From the NCBI GenBank assembly GCA_028685815.1, contig JAQUDG010000001.1:1-63536 (forward strand): a DNA stretch of 63,536 bases, written 5' to 3'. Source of the stretch: Desulfuromonas sp. (GTDB lineage: Bacteria; Desulfobacterota; Desulfuromonadia; Desulfuromonadales; Desulfuromonadaceae). The position numbers and the translations under genes are program-made. This document shows positions 53,037-63,536 of the stretch, one piece after another (position 1 is the first letter of the stretch; every line of letters begins with the position of its first letter). Under the pieces are notes generated by a model. The model saw only the letters and a program-made list of their open reading frames with translations, was not told the DNA's origin and searched no databases.

Positions 53037-54266
53037 ATGCCCAAAAAAAATGAATCAGTTTCAAAGCCGGACGGAAGTAAGCTGCATGCGCTGTGGGAAG
53101 TTGTCGCCCTGGATGCGTTTTCAGCTCCGAAAAGCAGCTCGGAGCAAATCGTGCGCAAGTGGGATGCACTCAAGCGCCTGTTTCAGCGTAGTACAACTGT
53201 CGGCGAGAGCCCGTTTAAGCCGGAGTCTGAGCTCCAACAGCTGCCGCATGAGTTTGTGGAACACCTGACCGGACCGGTGGATTGGAGTGCTCCATTAAGC
53301 GCTTTTGCCGCAACCATTAACGGTTGGAGCGGCACCGCCGGGGAGCCTGCAGTGGTTTTCATGGTTGGGCCACCCTGGAGCGGCCATGCCAAAGTTCTGC
53401 ATGCTTGGGCGGCCGCACTCAACGTTCCCTGCATTAAACCGCCCACTACGCAAGATATTTTACGCAACAATCTAGATTGGATGGCGCCATCCCCTGAGCG
53501 TAGCCAATTTTGGATTATGCCAGAACTTGAGCGTTGTTACCTCCGGCATGCCGAAGGATTGGAGATGGTTCGCTCTTTTTTAGAACAGGCGATGCGCGGA
53601 ATATACGGGCCAGGGATAATCGGTTGTGACAGCTGGGCTTGGGCTTATCTGCAATACGTATGGCCGGTTCCGTGCTCCAATGTGCTGACCCTGCAAGCTT
53701 TTGACGCCAGCCGCTTGACGCGCCTGCTTCGGCAGTTGAGTATCGCTAGGAGCAGTAGCAGGTACTGTTTTAAGAACGCTAGTAACGGCAAGACCGTATT
53801 GTGTAGTGATGATGCAAGCACAGAGATAAATGCGACTGTCCACCAGATAGCAGCGCGATGTTGTGGCAACGTCGGCCTTGCCTTGAGTTACTGGCGCGCA
53901 GCGTTGCGGTCTGAGCCGGAAGTCCCTGATGAGGAAGAAAGCAAGAAGGGGGCGGATAGTTCAGGCGATGAGCATATCGTATGGCTGGGGCGTTTGCCTA
54001 CGAGTCCGGTTCTGCCTGACGAGTGCAATGAAGAGATCGCGCTTTTGCTCCATACGCTGTTACTGCACAATGGGCTAGAGGAAGAGTTACTGCATAAGGT
54101 GTTGCCCATGCCACATTTGCATATTATGGCGTTGCTGTTGCGTTTGCTGGAGTTGAGAATTGTCGAGCAGGTTGCTGGGCGTTGGCATATCGCCCCACTG
54201 GCCTACAGCGGTGTCTGTACCTATCTGCGCGCACGTAATTATTTGCTGGACCACTTTCAGGGGTAG
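53037..54266 (+). CDS. Hypothetical protein (degenerate P-loop-like core, helical C-terminus)
   Basis: 409 aa; I recognise no family. VVFMVGPPWSGHAKVL resembles a degraded Walker A and FWIMPELE a Walker B-like strand. The C-terminal LLRLLELRIVEQVAGRWHI is winged-helix-like. These are by-eye impressions only. Confidence 0.5.
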   Translation: MPKKNESVSKPDGSKLHALWEVVALDAFSAPKSSSEQIVRKWDALKRLFQRSTTVGESPFKPESELQQLPHEFVEHLTGPVDWSAPLSAFAATINGWSGTAGEPAVVFMVGPPWSGHAKVLHAWAAALNVPCIKPPTTQDILRNNLDWMAPSPERSQFWIMPELERCYLRHAEGLEMVRSFLEQAMRGIYGPGIIGCDSWAWAYLQYVWPVPCSNVLTLQAFDASRLTRLLRQLSIARSSSRYCFKNASNGKTVLCSDDASTEINATVHQIAARCCGNVGLALSYWRAALRSEPEVPDEEESKKGADSSGDEHIVWLGRLPTSPVLPDECNEEIALLLHTLLLHNGLEEELLHKVLPMPHLHIMALLLRLLELRIVEQVAGRWHIAPLAYSGVCTYLRARNYLLDHFQG

Positions 54267-54271
54267 GGATC

Positions 54272-55078
54272 ATGGAAGACGTCAAAATCGCAGACATCTT
54301 CAATACGTTGGATGCCTCTGTGCTATTGCACCTGGCTTTTATAGTGGGGATTGCTGTTTTATGTATCATGCTGATCCAGAAGATTCTCCCTTGGCTGGGA
54401 GGGCAGCTACATGATCAGCGGCGGCACTATGTCCTGGCGCTCGTTCCCCTGTTGCGGTTGGTAATTGTTGTTGGCGCTTTCCTCCTCAGCTTACCGTTGA
54501 TTATTGAACCATCGCTGCAAAACATGGTGGCTCTGCTAGGTACGCTGGGGTTGGCGTTGGGATTTGCCCTCAAAGACTATGTCAGTAGTCTAATTGCTGG
54601 GATCGTCGCCACCGCTGAGCGCCCGTATCGCAGCGGCGACTGGATCGAAATTGACGGCGTGTACGGTGAAGTTACCCATGTAGGGTTGCGCACTGTGCAG
54701 ATAATTTCTCCGGATGACACCCTGTATCATATCCCGCATCTGAAGATATGGAATGAGTTGATTAGCAACGCCAATAACGGTACGCCGCGCTTGCAGACGG
54801 TAGCCGATTTTTATCTTGATTCCTGTCACGATGGGGCTATTGCACGCCATATTTTGTATGATGTTGCCCTGAGTAGTGCTTATGTCGCACATAGGGAGCC
54901 TATCCAAGTGATTCTCGAGGAAAAACCCTGGGGAACCCACTATCAGCTAAAAGCCTATCCTGTTGATCCGCAACAGCAGTTTCGCTTCAGAAGTGATTTG
55001 AATATCCGTGGGCGCGCGGTACTGGTGAGCCAAGGCTTCAAGTTTGCCTCGGCTGCATGGGCGACTGCATCGGAATAG
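54272..55078 (+). CDS. Small-conductance mechanosensitive channel (MscS) family protein
   Basis: GLALGFALKDYVSSLIAGIVATAERPYRSGDWIEIDGVYGEVTHVGLRTVQI is the MscS TM3/beta-domain signature. Starts 5 nt after the upstream stop. Confidence 0.85.
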   Translation: MEDVKIADIFNTLDASVLLHLAFIVGIAVLCIMLIQKILPWLGGQLHDQRRHYVLALVPLLRLVIVVGAFLLSLPLIIEPSLQNMVALLGTLGLALGFALKDYVSSLIAGIVATAERPYRSGDWIEIDGVYGEVTHVGLRTVQIISPDDTLYHIPHLKIWNELISNANNGTPRLQTVADFYLDSCHDGAIARHILYDVALSSAYVAHREPIQVILEEKPWGTHYQLKAYPVDPQQQFRFRSDLNIRGRAVLVSQGFKFASAAWATASE

Positions 55079-55108
55079 AAACATACCCGAGTTCAAAACT
55101 GCGGCGTA

Positions 55109-55972
55109 TCAGGCCACGGCACCTTTCCAACGGAGGGATTCGATGGTGACTGCAGGGGTAGAAACAGACGTGGCCGGCGCGAGTTGTTGAGATTCCGCGT
55201 TTCCGTTGGAGCTATCGGTAGAGGATGTCGTTGAATTCTGCGTGGTGGATGATTCGGTGGAGCGTGTGCTGCTCTGTTCTGTGCGTAACTCCATCCGAGC
55301 CTGAGCTGCTATCTGGGTGGCGCGTGCGGCGACACGCCTGTCTTGGGCGGAGGGCTGCGCCGGTGCCAGCGCTGCGGCCCGAATCTGTTCCATTTTGGCG
55401 ATGGTTTCTTGCGGGCCAGCGCACTTGCTCAGATCGATACTGACCGCGCCGGCGACTGCATAGCGCTTTCCGTCGGGGCCAGTTGCGTAGTCCAGCGTTG
55501 GAGTGCCTGCGTGTTGCCCGCCGACAGCGGCATGGGATGCTTCATGAATGCGCACCTCCTGGTCGCGCAGTTTAAGCTCCTGCACTTTCTGCTGCTCTTG
55601 GGGGTCGAGGTTTGCACCAATAGTTGCGGAGGGTGGCGTTTTTTCTTCCGCCACTTCAGCCTCGGAGGCTGGCGTATCGTCCATCGCGCCCTGTTGCCTT
55701 TGTTCCACCGCCAGGGCCTGCTTCTCTTGGCTATTTTGCTGTGCCAGTTGGCGCGCCGCAGGGCTGAGTTTAACGGTATCTACACTAGGTAAAAACGTGG
55801 ATTTGGCTTGCGTTGAGGAGGTGTATTGGTCTTGAGCGACGCTTCCTACAGAGATCAATGCAGAAGTAGAGGCAGCGGCTGCACCACTGCGCTCTCCAGG
55901 GCCAGCCCCGCCACTGGCTCCTGCGCTTCCACCCGTGAGGCCTGAATTTATGTAAGCTGTGCTACTCAGCAT
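55109..55972 (-). CDS. SprA-related / putative metalloprotease CJM1_0395 family protein
   Basis: VQELKLRDQEVRIHEASHAAVGGQHAGTPTLDYATGPDGKRYAVAGAVSID is the family core. Gly/Ser/Ala-rich N-terminal half. Start at ATG 55972 (GGGAG RBS); GTG 56017 is an alternative. Confidence 0.7.
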   Translation of the reverse strand: MLSSTAYINSGLTGGSAGASGGAGPGERSGAAAASTSALISVGSVAQDQYTSSTQAKSTFLPSVDTVKLSPAARQLAQQNSQEKQALAVEQRQQGAMDDTPASEAEVAEEKTPPSATIGANLDPQEQQKVQELKLRDQEVRIHEASHAAVGGQHAGTPTLDYATGPDGKRYAVAGAVSIDLSKCAGPQETIAKMEQIRAAALAPAQPSAQDRRVAARATQIAAQARMELRTEQSSTRSTESSTTQNSTTSSTDSSNGNAESQQLAPATSVSTPAVTIESLRWKGAVA

Positions 55973-56044
55973 CTGTATCGCTCCCGGCTTGGTGGAGAGC
56001 CTGTTAGCATATTCCACCGCTGTTCCATTGATGGCGCCGCGCCT

Positions 56045-57493
56045 CTATCTAATCTTCCAGCTAGTCCCTTCTGAATTGTCCAGCAGCATAATTCCGCTTG
56101 TTTCGAGCTGATCACGGATGGAGTCGGACAGGGCAAAATCTTTATCTGCGCGCGCCTGTAGACGTTGGGCGATCTTGAGTTCTATCTCCTCAGCGCTGAT
56201 AGCCATATCCGCCAACGCCGCCATCTTCTGGCGCTCCAGCCATGTTGCAGGGTCAGAGCCGAATATCCCCAGGACCCCGCCGAGTTCGAGCAGAGTCTGG
56301 TGCAGACTGTTTACCGCCGCAACCTTGTCAGCCTTCTTGCGGAATTTCTTTTCGCTCATCAGACGGTTCATGGCGCGCGCCCCGTCGAACAAAAAGCCAA
56401 TGGCTTGCGCGGTGTTGAAGTCATCATCCATCGCGGTGCGGAAGCGCTCTTTGAGTTCCTCTCCCTCGGTAGTAGCTATGCTGGAGTCGATGTCGCACTG
56501 GCTTAGTACTTCGGCCGCTGCGTGCAGCCCTTCGTAGAAACGGCTCAAACCACTGCGCGATTCCTTGAGGTTCTGCTCGGAGAAGTCAATAGGAGAGCGA
56601 TAATGCGCCGAGAGGATGAAGAAGCGCACCACTTCGGGGTCGTACTGCTGCAGGATGTCGCGGATGGTGAAGAAGTTGCCCAGTGATTTGCTCATCTTCT
56701 CCTGATTGACATTGACGAAGCCGTTGTGGACCCAGTATTTGACGAAGGGCTTGCCGCTTGCTCCTTCACTCTGGGCGATTTCGTTTTCGTGATGTGGGAA
56801 GATGAGATCCTTGCCGCCGCCATGAATGTCGAATGATTCGCCAAGATAGCGGGTCGACATGGCCGAGCATTCTATGTGCCAACCGGGGCGTCCCTCTCCC
56901 CAAGGAGAACTCCACGAGGGTTCATCAGGTTTGGCTCCCTTCCACAGGGCAAAATCCATGGGGTCACGCTTTTTTTCTCCAGGGGCGATACGTGCACCAG
57001 CCTGCATGTCATCAAGATTGCGCTTGCTCAGTTTTAGATAGTTGTCAAAGCTGCGCACCGCAAAGTACACATCGCCATCCACCGCATAGGCCTTCCCCGC
57101 ATCGATCAGTTGCTGCACCATATTGATGATCTCATCAATATGTTCGGTGGCCTTGGGTTCGATGGTGGGTTTTTCCAGCCCTAGAGCGGCCATATCCTCA
57201 TCAAATGCTTGGATAAACTCTTGCGCCAACTCGGTTGAGCTGATACCGCGCTCGTTGGCGCGTTGGATAATTTTGTCGTCTACATCGGTATAGTTGCGCA
57301 CGTAGGTGACCGCATAGCCACTATATTTCAGGTAGCGGAAGATGATATCGAACACGATATTGGCGCGCGCATGGCCGATATGGCAGTAATCATAAACGGT
57401 AACTCCACACACATACATCCCCACCTTGCCGGGCTGGAGCGGAGTAAAAGGTTCTTTGGTGCTAGTCAGGGTATTGTAAAGGCGTAAGCTCAT
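56045..57493 (-). CDS. cysS: Cysteine--tRNA ligase
   Basis: [18 protein letters not shown] (HIGH motif) and KMSKSLGN (KMSKS motif); 482 aa. Confidence 0.95.
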   Translation of the reverse strand: MSLRLYNTLTSTKEPFTPLQPGKVGMYVCGVTVYDYCHIGHARANIVFDIIFRYLKYSGYAVTYVRNYTDVDDKIIQRANERGISSTELAQEFIQAFDEDMAALGLEKPTIEPKATEHIDEIINMVQQLIDAGKAYAVDGDVYFAVRSFDNYLKLSKRNLDDMQAGARIAPGEKKRDPMDFALWKGAKPDEPSWSSPWGEGRPGWHIECSAMSTRYLGESFDIHGGGKDLIFPHHENEIAQSEGASGKPFVKYWVHNGFVNVNQEKMSKSLGNFFTIRDILQQYDPEVVRFFILSAHYRSPIDFSEQNLKESRSGLSRFYEGLHAAAEVLSQCDIDSSIATTEGEELKERFRTAMDDDFNTAQAIGFLFDGARAMNRLMSEKKFRKKADKVAAVNSLHQTLLELGGVLGIFGSDPATWLERQKMAALADMAISAEEIELKIAQRLQARADKDFALSDSIRDQLETSGIMLLDNSEGTSWKIR

Positions 57494-57540
57494 AGCAGTA
57501 ACATCAGTCCTTGTGTGTGGTTCAGAGTTCGGGGTGAATT

Positions 57541-59214
57541 TTATTTATTCACCTTTACCCAAGAGTCGCGCAGGGTGACAGTGCGATTAAACACCGGCAG
57601 TTCTGCGGTGCTTTGGTGTGCATCAAGGCAGAAATAGCCGCAGCGTTCAAATTGATATGCCTGCGCTGGGGTTGCTTCGCTGATACAAGGTTCGGCTAGA
57701 CACCCTTCCAAGGTTTCAATGGAGTCTGGGTTGAGATCTTCCAGCCAGTTTTCCGCATGAGCACCTGCTCCCGGAGTTTCTACCTGAAACAGGCGGTCGT
57801 ACAGATGAACTCTGATTTTTACGGCGTGAGCGGCACTAACCCAATGGATAACCCCTTTGACTTTCCTCCCTTCAGGGGCTGCCCCTAAAGTAGCTGGGTC
57901 GTGGGTGCAGCGCAATTCCTTAATGCTGCCATCGTCGTTATACACCACCTCTTCACACTTGATTACATAGCCGTTGCGCAGACGTACCTCGCGTCCGGGT
58001 CCGAGGCGGAAAAACTTCGATGGCGGTTCGAGCATAAAGTCATCCTGCTCGATGAACAGCTCGCGCGTGAACTGGATATTGCGCTCCCCCATTTCGGGTT
58101 GCTGTGGGTGGTTGGGAGCGGCGAACTCCTCCTGCTTGTCTTCCGGATAATCGGTGATAACTACCTTCAGGGGGCGCAGAACACACATGGCGCGCGGGGC
58201 GGTCTCATTGAGTTCATCCCGCACGCAGTCTTCCAGTATGCTCATGTCGATCCAGCTGTCATTCTTGCTGATCCCGATGCGGGCGCAGAATTTGCGCAGT
58301 GCCTGCGGCGGGAAGCCGCGTCTGCGCATCCCCGCCAGTGTTGGCATGCGCGGGTCATCCCAGCCACTTACAACGGCGTTGCTTACCAACTCCTGGAGCT
58401 TACGCTTGCTCAGCACTGTATAGCCTAGATTCAGGCGCGAATACTCGAACTGTCGAGACTGATGCAATTCAAGTTTTTCGATGAACCAGTCGTACAGGGG
58501 GCGATGGTCGGCAAATTCAAGGGTGCACAAAGAATGAGTGATCCCCTCCAGCGCGTCTGACTGCCCATGGGCGAAGTCGTACATGGGGTAGATGCACCAT
58601 GTATCCCCAGTGCGGTGATGCGGTGTATGCAAGATGCGATACATAACTGGATCGCGCATATTCATATTGGGAGAGCTCATGTCTATTTTGGCACGCAGCA
58701 CTCTCTCGCCATTGCCAAATTCGCCAGCGCGCATGCGCTGAAACAGCTCCAAGTTCTCTTTCACGCTGCGGTCGCGGTGTGGGCTGTTTTGTCCCGGTTC
58801 GGTCAGGGTGCCACGCAGCGCGCGGATCTGTTCGGCACTGAGGTCATCGATATACGCCAGGCCGGCTTCAATCAACTTCAGCGCCATGTGGTAGAGATCG
58901 TCAAAGTAGTCGGAGGCGTAGAATTCATGCTTGCCCCAGCTAAAACCTAGCCAAGCCACATCATCGCGGATGGCGTCTGCATAGAGCACCTCTTCCTTCA
59001 CGGGGTTGGTGTCATCAAAGCGTAGATGACAGCGTCCGCCAAATTCCTGCGCGACATTGAAGTTCAGACAGATCGCCTTGGCATGACCGATGTGTAGAAA
59101 GCCGTTGGGCTCAGGTGGGAAGCGGGTAATTACCTGGCCAGCGTTTTTCCCTGCGCCAACGTCAGTAGCAATAATTTGGCGGATAAAGTCCTTGCCGGCG
59201 GCTTCTGTGTTCAT
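57541..59214 (-). CDS. glnS: Glutamine--tRNA ligase
   Basis: [18 protein letters not shown] (HIGH motif), VLSKRKL (KMSKS-like motif) and GlnRS-type C-terminal beta-barrel domains; 557 aa. Confidence 0.93.
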   Translation of the reverse strand: MNTEAAGKDFIRQIIATDVGAGKNAGQVITRFPPEPNGFLHIGHAKAICLNFNVAQEFGGRCHLRFDDTNPVKEEVLYADAIRDDVAWLGFSWGKHEFYASDYFDDLYHMALKLIEAGLAYIDDLSAEQIRALRGTLTEPGQNSPHRDRSVKENLELFQRMRAGEFGNGERVLRAKIDMSSPNMNMRDPVMYRILHTPHHRTGDTWCIYPMYDFAHGQSDALEGITHSLCTLEFADHRPLYDWFIEKLELHQSRQFEYSRLNLGYTVLSKRKLQELVSNAVVSGWDDPRMPTLAGMRRRGFPPQALRKFCARIGISKNDSWIDMSILEDCVRDELNETAPRAMCVLRPLKVVITDYPEDKQEEFAAPNHPQQPEMGERNIQFTRELFIEQDDFMLEPPSKFFRLGPGREVRLRNGYVIKCEEVVYNDDGSIKELRCTHDPATLGAAPEGRKVKGVIHWVSAAHAVKIRVHLYDRLFQVETPGAGAHAENWLEDLNPDSIETLEGCLAEPCISEATPAQAYQFERCGYFCLDAHQSTAELPVFNRTVTLRDSWVKVNK

Positions 59215-59254
59215 AGTGCGGATATATCCTTTATTAAGTTAGTCATGGAGTTGA

Positions 59255-59743
59255 TTACAGAGTTGATTGTGTGCGGGTCAACAGCACCACGGCGTGGGCA
59301 GATATCCCCTCTAGACGCCCTTCGAACCCCAGTTTTTCAGTGGTGGTGGCTTTTACATTGATGTGTCCACTACTGCACTGGCACAGAGAAGCGATGGTGG
59401 AGACCATTTCGGGGAGATGCTCAGTCAGGCGCGGTTTCTGGGCGACGATGGTAGCATCAAGGTTGCCGATTGTATAGTCACTCAGGTGGGCAAGAGAAAT
59501 TACACGGCGTAAGAGCTCGGTGCTGGCTATATCTTTGAATTCTATGGCGGTATCGGGGAAGTGACGGCCTAGATCGCCAAGCGCGAGGGCGCCGAGGATG
59601 GCATCGCACACAGCGTGAAGGAGGGCATCTGCATCGGAGTGCCCTAGCAGACCATGGCTGTGGGGGACGGTAACTCCGCCCAGAATCAGGGCGCGCTCCG
59701 GTACCAATTGGTGTACATCGTAACCATGGCCGATACGGATCAT
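59255..59743 (-). CDS. ispF: 2-C-methyl-D-erythritol 2,4-cyclodiphosphate synthase
   Basis: IRIGHGYDVHQL...LLGHSDADALLHA; 162 aa. Confidence 0.95.
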   Translation of the reverse strand: MIRIGHGYDVHQLVPERALILGGVTVPHSHGLLGHSDADALLHAVCDAILGALALGDLGRHFPDTAIEFKDIASTELLRRVISLAHLSDYTIGNLDATIVAQKPRLTEHLPEMVSTIASLCQCSSGHINVKATTTEKLGFEGRLEGISAHAVVLLTRTQSTL

Positions 59744-60477
59744 TTGTTTCTCTCCCTCTGCTCTAACAGTGCCTGGGCGAGTACGAGGTCTTCGGGGGTG
59801 GTGATCTTCAGGTTGGCGTAGCTGCCTTCAAGCATGACCACCGGGTGCCCGAGCCACTCAAGCACCGAGGCGTCATCGGTCGCGTTGAAACCGCCGGCCA
59901 GAGCCTGTTCGTGCGCCGCTGCAATGAGGCGGCACCTGAACCCTTGTGGCGTTTGCGCCGCCCATAATCCGCTTCGCTGCAAAGTGGAGTGGATTATGCC
60001 GTCCTGTACCACCTTAACGGTGTCTTTGAGCGGAACGCCGACAATGCAGGCGTTGTGTTTACGCACCCCGTCGATTACAGCGGTGATGGTTTCGGCCTCA
60101 ATTAACGGGCGCACTCCATCATGGATAAGGATGATGTCATCGGCGCTGCACTGGCACGCGCGCACGCCGTTGCGCACAGAATCTTGGCGCTGAGCGCCAC
60201 CACGAACCAGGGCGCTAACTTTGTCGATGTTGTAGGCGTGGACAATATCCCAGCGGCAGAAGTCTATTTGTTCCTCAGGGGCTACGATAATTATTTCGTC
60301 GATCTGTGGATGGGCGGCGAAGGTTCTCAGACAGTGGACCAGAATGGGGATCCCGCGCAGTTTTAGGTACTGCTTATGGGTTGTGCTACCCATGCGTTGC
60401 CCTAACCCAGCTGCGGGGATAACCGCAATGACTTTGTGGTCACGTTCGAATTCTGCTGTTATGGCGTTAGGTTTCAT
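59740..60477 (-). CDS. ispD: 2-C-methyl-D-erythritol 4-phosphate cytidylyltransferase
   Basis: VIAVIPAAGLGQRMG P-loop-like motif. ATGA overlap with ispF. The start is uncertain (ATG 60477 or GTG 60507). Confidence 0.9.
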   Translation of the reverse strand: MKPNAITAEFERDHKVIAVIPAAGLGQRMGSTTHKQYLKLRGIPILVHCLRTFAAHPQIDEIIIVAPEEQIDFCRWDIVHAYNIDKVSALVRGGAQRQDSVRNGVRACQCSADDIILIHDGVRPLIEAETITAVIDGVRKHNACIVGVPLKDTVKVVQDGIIHSTLQRSGLWAAQTPQGFRCRLIAAAHEQALAGGFNATDDASVLEWLGHPVVMLEGSYANLKITTPEDLVLAQALLEQRERNK

Positions 60478-60584
60478 GCCCAAACCAAAAATAAAAAGAC
60501 CAGGCACAACCTGGTCAATTGAATTTTATTGTGTAAATACGCACGGTGCAGTTTTGCATATAACTATGTGCAGCGCTGTTTGTT

Positions 60585-61076
60585 TTAGGAGGAAAAGGTC
60601 ATCTCCACGCGCGGACTAACTTTCTCTTCATCCAAGCCTTCTGCAAATGCTATCTCTTTTATTACCAGACGCCTAGCGAGGTCAAGCATCTTTTTCTCAC
60701 CGTATGAAAGCTCTTTCCCTTCGGCAATAACATACAGCTCGCGCAGCACCTGAGCTACTTCGTAGAGATCACCGGTTTTAATTTTTTCCGTATATTCCCG
60801 TTGACGTCTGCTCCATGAGGCCAGCCCCCTAGGTGCGTTCACTTCTGTCTCATTGAAGAGATCATAGATGCGGGTGAGGTTTTTCTTGTCCACCAGATTG
60901 CGCATCCCTACGCTTTTGACATTCCCCGTTGGAACCATGATAGTCATGTCGCTGTCACAGATGCGCAGCACGTAGAAATCATGTTTCTCACCAGAAAATT
61001 CTTTGGTTTCAATGGCCTCGATAATTCCCACACCCTGAGCTGGATAAACAGCCCTGTCTCCAATGTTGAACCCCAT
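60585..61076 (-). CDS. carD: CarD/CdnL-family RNA polymerase-binding regulator
   Basis: FNIGDRAVYPAQGVGIIEAIETKEFSGEKHDFYVLRI is the CarD N-terminal Tudor-like motif; 163 aa. Confidence 0.9.
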   Translation of the reverse strand: MGFNIGDRAVYPAQGVGIIEAIETKEFSGEKHDFYVLRICDSDMTIMVPTGNVKSVGMRNLVDKKNLTRIYDLFNETEVNAPRGLASWSRRQREYTEKIKTGDLYEVAQVLRELYVIAEGKELSYGEKKMLDLARRLVIKEIAFAEGLDEEKVSPRVEMTFSS

Positions 61077-61179
61077 AATTTCCCCACAATTCAGTGTATC
61101 GCAGTTTTAACAACTCTTTTGCCAGTTAGAGCGCGCAAATGCAGCACAGGTGCATTCGTAAGAATTGCATCAAAACGGT

Positions 61180-61208
61180 AATTTACAATAAAATTACATA
61201 AAAGTCAA
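61180..61208 (-). promoter_or_regulatory. Candidate sigma-70 promoter for carD
   Basis: The minus strand reads TTGACT-N17-TAAATT, ~100 nt upstream of the carD ATG. Confidence 0.4.
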
Positions 61209-61418
61209 TAAAACACTGGAGAGTGGATACACATCTGTGTTAGCGTGCAAAGTTTTTGTTTCCTGTGGCGGTGTTCCCATGAGGTGCGGTTAGGCTTAGC
61301 CGAAGCACCTGTGAAGTCCGAAACAGTACATAAAATTTCCAGTCGTGTTCTCAAACAAGGTTGTTTAAGGAGGGCAGTGAAAGCCCGTAAAGGCAGATAG
61401 GTTTGCGCACCAAAATTG

Positions 61419-62405
61419 CTACAGCTGCATGGTTACCGCTTGCTCGCGGCTCAAGGGGATAACCTGTAAAAATTGCGTCTGGGCTCCACAGTTTTCTATT
61501 CTGACCATGACGCTGTCTTCGTCTTTGCCCTTGCCGTAGGCGGCTATCAGAGCAGCAGCTAAGGCTAGATCTTCCTGGGTTGGGGTGCCGCAGAGTACTC
61601 CGGTTGGGCCGGAAAAATTCTCATTGCGCATGGTAGGCAATTCAGCGCCTGCAAAGCCGATCAGTCGCTCATTGTCGGATTTTTTGCGCCCTAGGCTCAG
61701 CATGGCTGTTGTGGATAGGCGAAAAGCGCGCCCATGTTTGAGCACCTCCACATCGCGGGGGGTGCATTCAGGCTGGTCCTTAAATAGATAACGCAGCCGG
61801 GCGGAGAAGGAGTTCTCCGTCAGCAGGCATCCCCCGCCAGAGGTAGGATATTTATCTACTCCAAGGTGTTCAGCCAGAGTTGCCTGCCCTTTGCGAGAGC
61901 GCCCCTGAATGTCCTCCAAGCGTTCCCGATCCACCAGTCCTTCTTCTTCCATGCGGGTTATGGGGAGACATTTGGCACTTAAGGGCCGCAGGATTTTATC
62001 TCCACAGCCCGAAGCCTTATTCACCGATTGCAGGGCGTCACGGTTCTGACTCTTGGGGCGCTGCCCGATCACCTCTCCAGAAAAGAGGAAATCGTAACCT
62101 TCTTGCTCCATGATGTGGGCGGCCATGGTAAACATCTGCGCATGGCAGTCGATGCAGGGATTCATGTTGCGTCCGTAGCCATAGCGTGGATTTTTTAGCA
62201 TCGCTAGGTGGGGAACGCTGATGTCTTGAATCTGCAGGGGCAGGTTGTAGTACGCCGCCATTTCTATGGCTTTTTCAGCATCGAAAAAGGGGGTGACGAA
62301 GGTGACACAGTAAACGTCTATCCCCTGTGCGCGCAGCAGCAGCGCCGCTAGTATGCTATCAAGGCCGCCGGAGAAGATGCCCAAGGCTTTTACGTTGGTA
62401 CTCAT
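61419..62405 (-). CDS. PP-loop ATP pyrophosphatase, MnmA/ThiI-like (probable tRNA sulfurtransferase)
   Basis: GIFSGGLDSILA PP-loop and NPCIDCH, which resembles the MnmA catalytic Cys motif. 328 aa; the exact family is not resolved. Confidence 0.65.
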   Translation of the reverse strand: MSTNVKALGIFSGGLDSILAALLLRAQGIDVYCVTFVTPFFDAEKAIEMAAYYNLPLQIQDISVPHLAMLKNPRYGYGRNMNPCIDCHAQMFTMAAHIMEQEGYDFLFSGEVIGQRPKSQNRDALQSVNKASGCGDKILRPLSAKCLPITRMEEEGLVDRERLEDIQGRSRKGQATLAEHLGVDKYPTSGGGCLLTENSFSARLRYLFKDQPECTPRDVEVLKHGRAFRLSTTAMLSLGRKKSDNERLIGFAGAELPTMRNENFSGPTGVLCGTPTQEDLALAAALIAAYGKGKDEDSVMVRIENCGAQTQFLQVIPLSREQAVTMQL

Positions 62406-62425
62406 TGCGTTTTTGAAACCTTTTT

Positions 62426-62463
62426 AAGAAAAAGAAGCAGGTGGTTTATATACCACCTGCTTC
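62426..62463 (-). terminator. Rho-independent terminator after the c7-type cytochrome gene
   Basis: The minus strand reads GAAGCAGGTGG-tatataaa-CCACCTGCTTC followed by TTTTTCTT. Confidence 0.8.
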
Positions 62464-62512
62464 CTGATTTAGTTTATGTGCTCAGCTGTTTAAAGCTTGA
62501 GATAGGAACTTC

Positions 62513-62839
62513 TTATTTGCGTACGTGACACTTGTTGCATGTGCCTTGAGCCGCAAATGCGTCTGTGCCGTTGTGACAGATGCCGCATTGCTCACCGGCA
62601 TAAATTTTCGCCATAGTGATAGTAACGCCGCCCTTTTTCATTTTTGGGAAGGTGTTGGGGTTGTGGCAGGTGGCACAGCCTTTATCCGCAGCTTTGTTGT
62701 GCAGGGTGCCTTCGAATTCAACGGGCCCGATGGCCGCTTTGTCAAAAGTGAGGCTTCTGCCCGCCGGTACGGCGAATGCGGGGATGGCTGAGATGAGTAT
62801 GAAGGCGCAGAGTAAAGTCAGGGTAAAGGGTCGCAGCAT
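62513..62839 (-). CDS. Periplasmic triheme cytochrome c7/c3 family (PpcA-like)
   Basis: Signal peptide (AIPAFA), then ~85 aa with CATCH, CGICH and CNKCH plus free His residues. Size and spacing match Geobacter c7 cytochromes. Confidence 0.8.
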   Translation of the reverse strand: MLRPFTLTLLCAFILISAIPAFAVPAGRSLTFDKAAIGPVEFEGTLHNKAADKGCATCHNPNTFPKMKKGGVTITMAKIYAGEQCGICHNGTDAFAAQGTCNKCHVRK

Positions 62840-62902
62840 GGTGGTTCTCCTTGTTCGTTATGTAGATAGAGGTTAAGTCAGGGCTGATTCGCTTTCGGGT
62901 TC

Positions 62903-63536
62903 TTAAGGTAGATCCCGGGCGATCAGCTCTAGGACATGACAGGCTTGTTTGTTCAGACCGGCATGATTGATGCTGTCTTGCAGCTGCATTATACAGCCGG
63001 GGCATGCAGATGCAACTAGTTCAGCACTGCTGTTTTTGATTCCATCGGCCTTGCGGGCACCGATGGTGAGACTGGTGTCGTAGTGGTAGACGGAGAAGGT
63101 TCCCCCCAGCCCACAGCAGCGATCCGCACCATCCATTTCGACAAATTCCACCCCCGGTAGAGCCTTGAGTAGCGCACGCGGCTGCGCGGTTATCCCCTGA
63201 GTACGCAGATGGCAGGGATCATGATAGGTAACTCTGGTTGGGTTCTCAACCCGAGGCAGGGCTTGTAGCTTCTCCACCAGCCCCATCCGCACCAGAAAAA
63301 CCAGGACATCTTCTGCCTGGTTGCCTAAGGCCGCATATTGATCCCCCATGTCGCGATAGTGTTTACCGATCCCAGCATTACACGAGGCGCACGCGGTTAT
63401 CACCGTATTCACCTTGCGCTGTGCAAAGGCCCCCACGTTGGTGTCCGCCAGTTGATCCACGGTGGCAGCATCCCCTGCGGCTTGGGCGGGCAAGCCACAG
63501 CAGCCTTGGGTCGCGGGAATCCACAGAGGCAGGTCG
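62903..63536 (-). CDS. (Fe-S)-binding CCG-domain protein (GlcF/HdrD/LldE-like), 5' end outside window
   Basis: The frame is open to the window edge (…DLPLWIPATQGCCGLPAQ…), so the tracked TTG start is internal. Two CCG-type motifs (GCCG, DRCCGLGG) and Cys motifs CASC and CPGC. Confidence 0.8.
   Translation of the reverse strand, partial: DLPLWIPATQGCCGLPAQAAGDAATVDQLADTNVGAFAQRKVNTVITACASCNAGIGKHYRDMGDQYAALGNQAEDVLVFLVRMGLVEKLQALPRVENPTRVTYHDPCHLRTQGITAQPRALLKALPGVEFVEMDGADRCCGLGGTFSVYHYDTSLTIGARKADGIKNSSAELVASACPGCIMQLQDSINHAGLNKQACHVLELIARDLP

Overview
This is a 63.5-kb chromosomal window. Its gene content looks like a Desulfuromonadales (Geobacter/Desulfuromonas-like) bacterium; that placement is an inference from gene families only. 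I found no rRNA, CRISPR array, transposase or prophage genes.

Layout:
- 1-9.4 kb: a dense plus-strand locus of secreted multihaem c-type cytochromes. It includes two paralogous OmcS-family (nanowire-type) hexahaem cytochromes, an NHL propeller protein, a propeller lipoprotein and a HAMP-only membrane protein. A sigma-54-type promoter with a ~320-nt leader precedes the second paralogue.
- 9.5-13.1 kb: a PAS-GGDEF diguanylate cyclase and a CHASE4 histidine kinase.
- 13.2-16.5 kb: tkt and an aminotransferase.
- 17.1-28.7 kb: a complex I-like operon, nuoABCDHIJK-[extra antiporter-like subunit]-[82-aa 2-TM ORF]-[NuoL-like]-nuoM-nuoN. It has no nuoEFG, so it encodes four antiporter-like subunits and no NADH-oxidising module.
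- 28.9-34.3 kb: ilvC, tRNA-Leu(GAG) and secG-tpiA-pgk-gap.
- 34.8-42.1 kb: an MBL hydrolase, a split large purL plus purQ, purF, pyrE and an SMR pump.
- 44.6-48.8 kb: an ArsR-family regulator, a permease, two thioredoxin-fold proteins, CcdA and ACR3.
- 49.6-50.9 kb: an octahaem HAO-family cytochrome.
- 51.55-51.78 kb: a SelW/Rdx-family selenoprotein gene that the ORF track misses. It has an in-frame TGA and a downstream SECIS-like hairpin.
- 52-63.5 kb: housekeeping and miscellaneous genes (PAS, DUF488, a hypothetical protein plus MscS, SprA-related, cysS, glnS, ispDF, carD, a MnmA-like PP-loop protein, a triheme c7-type cytochrome and a truncated CCG Fe-S protein).

The leads I rate highest are the OmcS-family locus, the four-pump EFG-less complex I variant and the hidden selenoprotein.
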